This document shows, piece after piece, positions 9,233 to 16,857 of a DNA stretch of 32,000 bases (the stretch's first letter is position 1; each line of letters begins with the position of its first letter). This stretch comes from Acaryochloris marina MBIC11017. GTDB taxonomy: Bacteria > Cyanobacteriota > Cyanobacteriia > Thermosynechococcales > Thermosynechococcaceae. The stretch is taken from positions 2,550,001-2,582,000 of the forward strand of contig NC_009925.1 of assembly GCF_000018105.1 (NCBI RefSeq), in the 5' to 3' direction. A model generated the notes under the pieces. That model saw nothing but the letters and a program-made list of their open reading frames with translations. It made no database searches and was not told the origin of the DNA. The position numbers and the translations under genes were made by a program.

Positions 9233-9700
9233 TTAAGGAGATGCCAACTGTATCTCTACAGGACGAATCACCCATCGGGAAGCTGAGCTACCAACCGTGT
9301 TCACCTCAACCGTTCCCTCCACCCTGACGGTCTGCTGATCAAACTGGTCGGCTTCTGCAGGGGAGCGCAAAGATTGCTTATGGGTCGGAGGATAAAGGAA
9401 GACAGAGGTCCCATCGTTCAAAACTATCGTGGCTCGGATATGGGGAATGGGCGGTTGCTCGGGATTCCAGATGCCTGCGCTCGTGATATCTGGTATTTGT
9501 TTTTGGGCAACGTAGCGCCCTTGCAAGGTCACCGTTTGGCTCCCATATTTTTGCAGCGTTTTTTGATCCTGGATGAGAGGCATATGGTTAACGGTTGGGT
9601 CGTATTTTTGAGGCAGTTCACAAGCCATCAATGGATATCCTGACAGGGTCAACCCCAAAATTCCTAAGCTATACCCTACGACTTGTCCTAGTTGCGGCAT
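9233..9700 (-). CDS. hypothetical protein, possible lipoprotein
   Basis: 155 aa. Hydrophobic N-terminus ending in the lipobox-like LMAC. No recognised domain. Confidence 0.5.
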   Translation of the reverse strand: MPQLGQVVGYSLGILGLTLSGYPLMACELPQKYDPTVNHMPLIQDQKTLQKYGSQTVTLQGRYVAQKQIPDITSAGIWNPEQPPIPHIRATIVLNDGTSVFLYPPTHKQSLRSPAEADQFDQQTVRVEGTVEVNTVGSSASRWVIRPVEIQLASP

Positions 9701-9837
9701 TGAATTAGATGACTTGATTATCTTTCAGTTTAAAAATACCCACCGACGATCCACCCATTTCTTTCTAGAGAAAAATAGGCACTGGTCTGTTAGCAGGATC
9801 TAGCTATAATGCCTTCGACGGAACCTGATGTAGATCA

Positions 9838-10152
9838 ATGGAATGCCCATACTGTCAAAGTGAGAAGATCCTTAAGCGTGGCTTTGATAGTCTGCAAGAT
9901 GGGACATTAGTCCAGCGATATCAGTGTAAGGATTGCAATCGTCGTTTCAACGAACGCACAGGCACCCCAATGGCTCGTTTACGCACCGCTAGTTCAGTGG
10001 TGAGCTATGCCATCAAAGCTCGCACCGAAGGAATGGGGGTCCGTTCAGCAGGTCGTACCTTTGGTAAATCTCATACCACCATTATGCGTTGGGAAAAACG
10101 CCTAGCAGACCAAGCACAGAACTGGTCACCCCCCCGCACCAGCAGCCTCTGA
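9838..10152 (+). pseudogene. IS1-family transposase, N-terminal segment (Zn finger + HTH, InsA-like)
   Basis: CPYCQS...CKDCNRRF zinc finger and an HTH-like segment (GMGVRSAGRTFGKSHTTIMRW). The frame ends just after a C7 tract (10129-10135). The reading continues in the next frame as DVTVEGDEVYTRVGKN. Confidence 0.8.
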
Positions 10153-10190
10153 TGTGACGGTAGAAGGGGATGAAGTATACACTCGTGTAG

Positions 10191-10835
10191 GCAAAAATCT
10201 TCCCCCCCAGCCAGTCCCAGGGCTGGACCATCCACTTCCTTGAACGCGAAAGCCGCTATTGGTTGACAGCACTAGCTGGCCTCAAGGATGCACAACTTTT
10301 TGCAAATGGCGTTTACTCAGCTTGGGAGTGGGTGAAAGCCTGTGATGGGATTCGATGGTTTACCGATGGTGAAAGGCGTTATGGACAAGAACTTTGGCAG
10401 CTTGCCAGTGTCTATCTCAAAGGTGATGAGTGTCATCCTGACTATGGGCATCGCAAGGTTTGGCGAGAAGGGTTAGAAGTCGTGATGAAAGTTAAAGGGT
10501 CTCAGGGGAATCGGCGAGTAGAGTGGGTGAAAGCAGAGCATCCCTTTACCGCTATCAGTCCAGGGTCTGAGATCCATGCCAATCATAATGAGGCTCACAA
10601 TGCTGCCTTGAGGAGACGATGTAGTGCTTATCGAAGGCGGCAGAATCTCTACGCTAAGAAGCGGTCGGCGTTACAGCGAGTGCTAGACGTACAACGCCTG
10701 ATTCATAACTGGGTTAGACCCCATTGGGAACTCAGTAAGCAGACCACACTAGCCATGGAGATGGGATTTTGTTCTCGCCCACTGAGTACTTTAGAACTCC
10801 TCACCAATAAAGGGTTTAGGTATGTGCCCTGTTAG
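10191..10835 (+). pseudogene. IS1-family transposase, C-terminal DDE segment (InsB-like)
   Basis: The frame is open from 10191 (the track starts at TTG 10263). GWTIHFLERESRYW, FTDGERRYG and the tail HNEAHNAALRRRCSAYRRRQNLYAKKRSAL resemble the IS1 InsB end ([25 protein letters not shown]). It is reached from the middle segment only by a second shift at a C7 tract (10202-10208). Confidence 0.8.
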
Positions 10836-10922
10836 TAGACCAGTGCCTCTCGCCCACTGAGTACTTTAGAACTCCTCACCAATAAAGGGTTTAGGTATGT
10901 GCCCTGTTAGTAGACCAGTGCC
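10773..10922. repeat. perfect 2 x 75-bp tandem duplication of the IS right end
   Basis: 10773-10847 and 10848-10922 are identical base for base (checked by hand). Each copy holds the last codons and stop of the transposase plus the right inverted repeat. Confidence 0.95.
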
Positions 10923-11373
10923 GAAAAATAGTAATGTTGAACATTGCGACAACTTGAGAGTTGCTATCCTTCTTAATCATATTTGTCCTTAATCAACACC
11001 TCCAAATGCTCAGGATAATTTAAATCAAAGATGGCTAACTATGGCCAGCTATCTTTGGATATCTGACCTGCGGTTGAAATTGCTACATTTCTTTTTTAGC
11101 AGGCTTTCTAGACTCAAAACCCTTTGAAAATCCTAATAAAAAAAGAAAGATATTTTCATACACAAAAATAAATTAGGATCTAAATTCTTGTAATTTTATA
11201 GACTACTTTTGGCAAAATATTTTTCTCTATGATGTGTTTTTTTTAGTCAAGGGCAATCTAGGGCATGGCCCATAATGCCCTAGCAATCCGATAGAAAGCT
11301 AGCGCATGAACCTCTGAGAATCTAATGCAATATTTCGATCAGTTACTAGTTCTCTATACACAAACTATTTGAT

Positions 11374-12504
11374 ATGAAAGCAATGATTTTGGCGGCTGGT
11401 AAAGGCACCCGCGTTCGCCCAATAACGTTCACGATTCCCAAGCCCATGATTCCGATCATGCAGAAACCTGTAATGGAGTTTCTAGTCGATCTACTTCGGC
11501 AACATGGTTTTGATGAAATCATGGTGAACGTAAGCCATTTAGCAGATGAAATTGAAAGCTATTTTAGAGATGGCCAAGGTTTTGGCGTGGATATTGCGTA
11601 CTCCTTTGAAGGGCGAATTGAAGACGGCATGCTGATCGGAGATGCCGTTGGTTCAGCAGGAGGGATGAAGCGGATTCAGGACTTTTCGCCATTTTTTGAC
11701 GATACCTTTATTGTGCTCTGTGGTGATGCCCTGATTGATCTAGATTTAACGGCTGCAGTGGAATGGCATCGACAAAAAGGCTCCATGGCCACCATCATTA
11801 TGAAAACCGTCGATCCAAATGATGTTTCTAGCTATGGGGTTGTCGTCACGGATGAAGAAGGCCGAATCAAATCTTTCCAGGAGAAACCTACGGTTGATGA
11901 GGCCCTCAGCAACACCATCAACACAGGTATTTATATTTTTGAGCCTGAGATTCTAGATTTGATTCCCTCTGGAGAAGAGTTTGATATTGGGGGGGATCTT
12001 TTTCCCAAACTGGTGTCGATGAATTTACCGTTTTATGGCGTTGCCATGGATTTTCAATGGGTGGATATTGGCAAGGTTCCCGATTATTGGCATGCCATTC
12101 GTAGCGTATTGAAAGGCGAGGTCAAAAATGTGGCGATTCCAGGTCGTGAAGTGAAGCCTGGTATCTATACTGGCCTGAACGTTGATGTCAACTGGGATAA
12201 GGTCGATATTCAAGGTCCGGTATACATTGGCGGCATGACTCGTATTGATGACGGGGTAAAAATTATTGGCCCAACCATGATTGGACCGAACTGTCATATT
12301 TGTAAGGGCGCAACGGTAGACAACAGCGTGATCTTCGAGTACTCTCGCCTGGGTCCTGAAGCGAATCTAGTCGATAAGTTGGTGTTTGGACGCTACTGTG
12401 TGGATAAAACAGGTGTATCCCTCGATGTTCGCACAGCCGCTTTGGATTGGCTGATTACGGATGTTCGCCAAGATGCTCATGTTCCCGCACCTGTGATGAT
12501 CTAA
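11374..12504 (+). CDS. NDP-sugar pyrophosphorylase (nucleotidyltransferase + left-handed beta-helix); likely CugP-type UDP-glucose pyrophosphorylase / mannose-1-P guanylyltransferase-like
   Basis: 376 aa. N-terminal MKAMILAAGKGTRVRPIT..PKPMIPI signature of sugar-1-phosphate nucleotidylyltransferases. C-terminal hexapeptide-like region (GPVYIGGMTRIDDGVKIIGPTMIGPNCHI). Confidence 0.85.
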   Translation: MKAMILAAGKGTRVRPITFTIPKPMIPIMQKPVMEFLVDLLRQHGFDEIMVNVSHLADEIESYFRDGQGFGVDIAYSFEGRIEDGMLIGDAVGSAGGMKRIQDFSPFFDDTFIVLCGDALIDLDLTAAVEWHRQKGSMATIIMKTVDPNDVSSYGVVVTDEEGRIKSFQEKPTVDEALSNTINTGIYIFEPEILDLIPSGEEFDIGGDLFPKLVSMNLPFYGVAMDFQWVDIGKVPDYWHAIRSVLKGEVKNVAIPGREVKPGIYTGLNVDVNWDKVDIQGPVYIGGMTRIDDGVKIIGPTMIGPNCHICKGATVDNSVIFEYSRLGPEANLVDKLVFGRYCVDKTGVSLDVRTAALDWLITDVRQDAHVPAPVMI

Positions 12505-12770
12505 GCTGGTACTTCTGCTCACAAAAGGACCAGCACAGTCCTTGGTCTTGATCTTCCTCAGAAGATTTTGACCGAATTTAGAACTATCGAGATAATCGCT
12601 TGTTCTCTCAGAGTTGCTGGTCAATATGAGGAACATTGTCAGCAAAATCATACTGACAGTTTCGAGAATACGGTGCATTTGACTTCATTCATCTTAAGGC
12701 AAGAAAGGGATAAGACTTCGTCAGGGTCCGATAACACTCGATATTCCTCGAAAACCTGTGCTACTCTTTT

Positions 12771-12790
12771 TATAGTACATATGCACTATA
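12771..12790. promoter_or_regulatory. LexA-box-like palindrome (AGT-N8-ACT) immediately upstream of umuD
   Basis: TATAGTACATATGCACTATA is a 20-bp palindrome with one mismatched pair. Its core AGTACATATGCACT fits the cyanobacterial LexA motif pattern AGT-N8-ACT / RGTAC-N3-DGTWCB with one deviation. It ends 3 nt before the umuD ATG and contains TATAGT/TATAAA -10-like hexamers. Confidence 0.5.
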
Positions 12791-12793
12791 AAA

Positions 12794-13225
12794 ATGCTCA
12801 TTTGCTCAGTTCATGCTGTCTCTTGGGCAGATTCTCTGTGTCTGCCTTGTCTATCTGTCCCAGTCCCTGCTGGGTTCCCTTCCCCAGCCGATGACCATTT
12901 ACAGAACAATTTGAATCTGCAAGAAGCGCTCATTCCTCGCCCTGCTGCGACGTTTTTGATGCGTGTCAAAGGAGATTCGATGGAAGGCTGTGGAATCTTC
13001 TCGGGGGATTTATTGATTGTGGATCGCTCCCTAACCCCCGTCGATGGGGCCGTAGTGATTGCTGTCTTAAACGGCGAGTTTACGGTGAAACAGCTGCGAT
13101 TATCGCAAAAAACAATTTTATTAGCTGCCGCCAATGCAGACTATACCCCCATCGTCGTCAAAGCCGGAATGGAATTTCAGGTGTGGGGTGTGGTCACCTA
13201 TGTGGTGCATGGGTTGCAGGTTTGA
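12794..13225 (+). CDS. umuD: UmuD-like S24 peptidase, DNA polymerase V accessory subunit
   Basis: VPAGFPSPADD aligns with E. coli UmuD VQCGFPSPAADY, giving an Ala-Gly cleavage site at 12869-12874. Catalytic Ser in VKGDSMEG and Lys in GEFTVKQL. The tail VWGVVTYVVH is like UmuD VFGVVIHVV. Confidence 0.9.
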   Translation: MLICSVHAVSWADSLCLPCLSVPVPAGFPSPADDHLQNNLNLQEALIPRPAATFLMRVKGDSMEGCGIFSGDLLIVDRSLTPVDGAVVIAVLNGEFTVKQLRLSQKTILLAAANADYTPIVVKAGMEFQVWGVVTYVVHGLQV

Positions 13226-14487
13226 AACAGCGTCTAATCGGGCTGTGTGACTGCAACTCGTTCTATGCCTCCTGTGAAATGGCGCTCAATCCCCACTTGC
13301 AACATAAGCCGGTTGTGATCGCTTCCAATAATGATGGGGTCGTTGTGACCGGCAATGCTGCGGCGAAAGCCTTAGGCTTAGGCATGGGGGTGCCGCTGTT
13401 CAAGGCCCAAGATCTGATTAAAAAGCATGACGTACGAGTCTTTAGCTCCAACTACGCGTTGTATGGTGACCTCTCCCAGCGGGTGATGGCAGTCTTGGAG
13501 CAGCACACACCTGAACAAGAAATCTACTCCATTGATGAGTGCTTTATCCGTATGCCGGAATTTGCTGAGGCCACGACCTATGCCCGCAACATCAAAGAGA
13601 CGGTGAAAAAATGGACGGGGATTCCAGTTTCGATGGGGATGGCCACGTCCAAAACGTTAGCGAAAATTGCCAACCACGTTGCTAAAAAACAGAAGGGATA
13701 TGATGGCGTCTTTGATCTGTCCACGGCCCGCAATGCGGAAGGGATTCTGGCCACCTTTCCTGTGAAAGAGATTTGGGGAATTGGACGGCAATACAATAAG
13801 TGGCTACTCAGCCAGGGCATTGAAACGGCAAAGGAACTGCGAGATGCCAATGAAGGGATGATCCGTCAGAAAATGGGGGTGGTCGGTGTGCGGATAATTC
13901 ATGAGCTTCAGGGAATTTCTTGTCTGCCCCTAGAGCTGGTGGCCAAGCCCAAAAAAGAAATTTGTGTGTCTCGCTCCTTTGGTCAGCCCGTCACAGAGTT
14001 GGCGGATTTGCAAGATGCGATCGCAGCCTACGCATCAAGAGCGGCAGAGAAGCTGCGCCAGGAACAGCAGGTGGCAGAGGCCATGGTTGTATTCGCCCGC
14101 ACCAGCCCTTTTAAGTCAGGATATTTTCGCCAATCCGCAACAGTGCAGTTCCCTATTGCCACTAGCTATACGCCCGCCATAGTCGAAGCGGCCCGCAAAG
14201 CCATGGAGCGACTCTACGAACCGGACCGGGAATTTCAGAAGGCAGGTGTGCTGATGGTGGGTCTTTGTTCTGAAACGACTATCCAAGGGCATCTCTGGGA
14301 GAAAGATGAGGGTTGGGAGAAACGAAAGAGACTGATGTCGATTATGGATGAGGTGAATACTCGGTTTGGCCGAGGCACGATCGGCATTGCAGCGTCGGGG
14401 GCAAAGCAGACCTGGAAAATGCAGTCAAAGTGGCGATCGCCGAGGTATACAACCTGCTGGGCAGAGTTACCTGTGGCGAGTTGTTGA
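13222..14487 (+). CDS. umuC: UmuC, Y-family translesion DNA polymerase V catalytic subunit
   Basis: GLCDCNSFYASCEMALNPHLQHKPVVIASNNDGVVV..AKALGLGMGVP..FSSNYALYGDLSQRVM..IYSIDECF parallels E. coli UmuC (ALCDVNAFYASCE..KPVVVLSNNDGCVI..FSSNYELYADMS..IYSIDEAF). The track start is GTG 13183. TTG 13222 overlaps the umuD stop (TTGA) and gives an N-terminus of UmuC-like length. Confidence 0.9.
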   Translation: MKQRLIGLCDCNSFYASCEMALNPHLQHKPVVIASNNDGVVVTGNAAAKALGLGMGVPLFKAQDLIKKHDVRVFSSNYALYGDLSQRVMAVLEQHTPEQEIYSIDECFIRMPEFAEATTYARNIKETVKKWTGIPVSMGMATSKTLAKIANHVAKKQKGYDGVFDLSTARNAEGILATFPVKEIWGIGRQYNKWLLSQGIETAKELRDANEGMIRQKMGVVGVRIIHELQGISCLPLELVAKPKKEICVSRSFGQPVTELADLQDAIAAYASRAAEKLRQEQQVAEAMVVFARTSPFKSGYFRQSATVQFPIATSYTPAIVEAARKAMERLYEPDREFQKAGVLMVGLCSETTIQGHLWEKDEGWEKRKRLMSIMDEVNTRFGRGTIGIAASGAKQTWKMQSKWRSPRYTTCWAELPVASC

Positions 14488-14620
14488 AGGAGATAGCCTC
14501 AGGCTAGTGGCTTGCAGTTTCACTCCCCTCGATTAGATAGGTGCCAAACCCCAAAGAAGTTCAAGGTGTTTTCGCTGATTGGGTTCTACTGACACCAGCT
14601 CACCAAGCACAAGACCATCA

Positions 14621-15097
14621 TTACTGATGCTTGATATGTAAAAAGGATTGAATAAGCCTTACTCCCTGTTGAGCCTTTTCTATGGAAAGTGAGTTATCTC
14701 CACATAAGTGTAAGGTTTTTCTATTCAAGAGAATTAATTTAATTCCATAAAATATTTGATCGGATTCTTGCTCAATATCGACCTTATAAATTTCTTTTAA
14801 TAAGTAATCATGACTACTTGGACCTAGCAGTCCCATCTTATTGACCGTAAGTATGCCATCTCTCTTATTAAAGCTCCATGTATTGATTTTTACTGAATCA
14901 AAAACACAAATAAATATGATGCACAACCCTAAAATAGCCCCAGCAGCAATGTGTCCTACTAGTAGCTCATCCGCACTATTGGCAGGAAGAAATAGACCGA
15001 TTAATCCTAGTAGAATAAAGGCACTGAAGAAAACCCAGCTATGAATTGGATAATATTGAATTACTAATTTTTCATTATTATGATCAATAATTCTCAT
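14621..15097 (-). CDS. hypothetical membrane protein (two TM helices plus soluble C-terminal domain), AT-rich
   Basis: 158-aa ORF with visibly AT-rich codon usage compared with the flanking umuC. No recognised motif. Confidence 0.5.
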   Translation of the reverse strand: MRIIDHNNEKLVIQYYPIHSWVFFSAFILLGLIGLFLPANSADELLVGHIAAGAILGLCIIFICVFDSVKINTWSFNKRDGILTVNKMGLLGPSSHDYLLKEIYKVDIEQESDQIFYGIKLILLNRKTLHLCGDNSLSIEKAQQGVRLIQSFLHIKHQ

Positions 15098-15117
15098 ATT
15101 TTTTATCTATTAAGCTT

Positions 15118-15163
15118 GTCTTAAAGTGTTGTCAAAAAAATGATTGTAGCAACACTTTAAGAC
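15118..15163. promoter_or_regulatory. perfect 14-bp inverted repeat with 18-nt spacer in a divergent intergenic region
   Basis: GTCTTAAAGTGTTG (15118-15131) and CAACACTTTAAGAC (15150-15163) are exact reverse complements. The repeat lies between the divergent starts at 15097 (-) and 15303 (+), so it is not a terminator position. Confidence 0.6.
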
Positions 15164-15302
15164 TGATAATTCTGTCGATTTTAGATGTAAGTTATGCTTC
15201 ATGATTGCCTCTACAAGCACAATCTAACCCACCAAACTGATAAAACAACGTACACTCATTGGTAACACGCATTTGCGTTTGACCATTAACTCTCCGTGAC
15301 CA

Positions 15303-15845
15303 ATGACTCAAAGCTCAGGGTTCTTTAATCAACGCTATGTAAATAACTTTGTGCCCTTGCCAGGGAAAGGAGAGCCTGCAGTGGGGCGGCTGGCGCCAGA
15401 CTTTGAGCTACCTCGAATCGGTGGAGACTCGGTCAAACTGTCGGACTATCGTGGACAGCAGCCCATCTTTCTCGCCTTTACTCGTATCTTTACCGAAAAA
15501 CTTTTTTGCCCCTTTTGCTATCCCCATATTCAAGACTTAAAACAGCGCTACTCCGAGATTGTGGATCGAGGGGCAGAGCTGCTGATGATTTCCAGTACGG
15601 ATCAAGTGCAGAGTGAGCAAATCGTCTCTGACTTAGATCTGCCTTACCCCTTTTTATACAATCCGAAATGTGAAAGCTTCCGCAACTATGGAGCAGGACA
15701 AGCCCTTGGTGCCCCATTACCTGCTCAATATATTGTGGATGTAGACGGCACAATCCGCTTCCGCCATATGTTTTCGTTCGTCGATCACAATGCAGGAATG
15801 GATGAAGTACTCACTATTCTTGAGGGTTTAATCCCCCAGGGCTAA
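15303..15845 (+). CDS. thioredoxin-fold AhpC/TSA (peroxiredoxin-like) family protein
   Basis: 180 aa. GRLAPDFELP...VKLSDYRGQQPIFLAF is the typical peroxiredoxin/redoxin N-terminal pattern. CPFC Cys pair in LFCPFCYPH. Confidence 0.75.
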   Translation: MTQSSGFFNQRYVNNFVPLPGKGEPAVGRLAPDFELPRIGGDSVKLSDYRGQQPIFLAFTRIFTEKLFCPFCYPHIQDLKQRYSEIVDRGAELLMISSTDQVQSEQIVSDLDLPYPFLYNPKCESFRNYGAGQALGAPLPAQYIVDVDGTIRFRHMFSFVDHNAGMDEVLTILEGLIPQG

Positions 15846-16807
15846 ACCAAAGTTGCCCCTTGAAATGCCCCGATGGGTGCGATCTCATCCAGGTTTCGCA
15901 ACGTTTCTGCACTTAACTGAATACCAAGAGCCGCAAGATTTTCATCGATACGGGATTTTTTGCGACTCCCTGGAATCGGAATGATATTGTCACCTTGGGC
16001 AATTAACCAAGCCAGGGCAAGCTGTGCAGGCGTAATGTTCAAATCAAGAGCAATCTTTTTGATGTCCTCAAGACGCTGAAGGTTTTTGCTGAGATTCTCG
16101 CCTTGCATTTTAGGATTATTAGTGCGGAAATCACCGTCATCTAACTGCTTAACAGTACCTGTTAGGAATCCAGCGCCAAGGGGGGACCAACAAACAAGGG
16201 ATGCGCTGATACTGTTAATGGCTGGCAAAATATCAGTCTCCGCTTCACGTCTAAATAAGGAATATTCGTATTGAACCGCTGAAATGGGATGGACCTGATT
16301 TGCTTGAATAATTTCCTCAGCGGTTACATTAGACAATCCAATCGCTTTCACCTTGCCCGCTTGAACAGCTTCTGCCATGGCAGAGACCGTTTCTTCCAGG
16401 GAGGTACTGGGATCAAGGTAGTGTGCATACAGTAAATCAATTTGATTGACACCCAGGCGCTCAAGGCTGTTGTCAATCGCACGTTTAACGTAGGACCGAG
16501 TGCCGTTGATGGTGAGGGGAAATCCCCAACCGGTGTCTATTTGATGGCCCGTTTGATCTTCTTCAAATACAATGCCGAACTTGGTTGCCACAAAAGGCGT
16601 TTGGGTGGATTGCTGTATGGCTTGTTTAAGTAAGCTTTCGTTATGTCCTGCACCATAGGCATCAGCCGTATCGATCATCATATTCTGCTCAATGGCATAG
16701 GTCAGGGTTTCTACTGCCGTTTGATCTTCGCTGGCACCGTAGTAACCTTCCAATACCATGGCACCATAGCCGATTTGCTTGATTGGCGTTGAATTAATGG
16801 TCAACAT
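15842..16807 (-). CDS. aldo/keto reductase
   Basis: 321 aa. IGYGAM.L...YG, DTADAYG.GHNE, ATKFG, IDLLYAHY.D, GLSN, PIPGSRK are all canonical AKR motifs. The stop overlaps the convergent peroxiredoxin-like gene by 4 nt. Confidence 0.9.
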   Translation of the reverse strand: MLTINSTPIKQIGYGAMVLEGYYGASEDQTAVETLTYAIEQNMMIDTADAYGAGHNESLLKQAIQQSTQTPFVATKFGIVFEEDQTGHQIDTGWGFPLTINGTRSYVKRAIDNSLERLGVNQIDLLYAHYLDPSTSLEETVSAMAEAVQAGKVKAIGLSNVTAEEIIQANQVHPISAVQYEYSLFRREAETDILPAINSISASLVCWSPLGAGFLTGTVKQLDDGDFRTNNPKMQGENLSKNLQRLEDIKKIALDLNITPAQLALAWLIAQGDNIIPIPGSRKKSRIDENLAALGIQLSAETLRNLDEIAPIGAFQGATLV

Positions 16808-16857
16808 AATTTACTCCTAGGGAGATGCTTATAGTTACGATTGAATGGCTCTGCCAC

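Larger units (their letters stand above)
9779..10922 (+). mobile_element. IS1-family insertion sequence with TSD, imperfect terminal IRs and a duplicated right end
   Basis: IRL GGCACTGGTCTGTTAGCAGG (from 9779) matches the reverse complement of the right end, GGCACTGGTCTACTAACAGG, at 17/20 positions. It is flanked by the direct repeat GAAAAATA(G) at 9770-9778 and 10923-10931, an 8-9 bp TSD as expected for IS1. The encoded protein has IS1 hallmarks. Confidence 0.85.

Noticed and set aside
11258-11283. 9-bp stem hairpin CTAGGGCAT-N8-ATGCCCTAG about 90 nt upstream of the NDP-sugar pyrophosphorylase gene
   Set aside because: It is a short stem with no U tract and no recognisable riboswitch context. 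It could be a minor 5'-UTR structure or a chance occurrence.
12519-12560. Weak hairpin (AAGGAC-N7-GTCCTT) after the stop of the 11374-12504 gene, as a possible terminator
   Set aside because: The stem is only 6 bp and is followed by a T-poor tail (GGTCTTGATCTT). That is not enough to call an intrinsic terminator.
12568-12894. 108-aa ORF spanning the cugP-umuD spacer and the umuD 5' end
   Set aside because: It overlaps umuD out of frame, runs through the putative operator and promoter, and has no motif. umuD homology explains the region better.
13183-13221. GTG 13183 as the umuC start, overlapping umuD by 43 nt
   Set aside because: TTG 13222 overlaps the umuD stop in a TTGA arrangement. It also leaves an N-terminus of similar length to E. 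coli UmuC before the LCD.N.FYASCE motif. I cannot exclude the GTG without experimental data.
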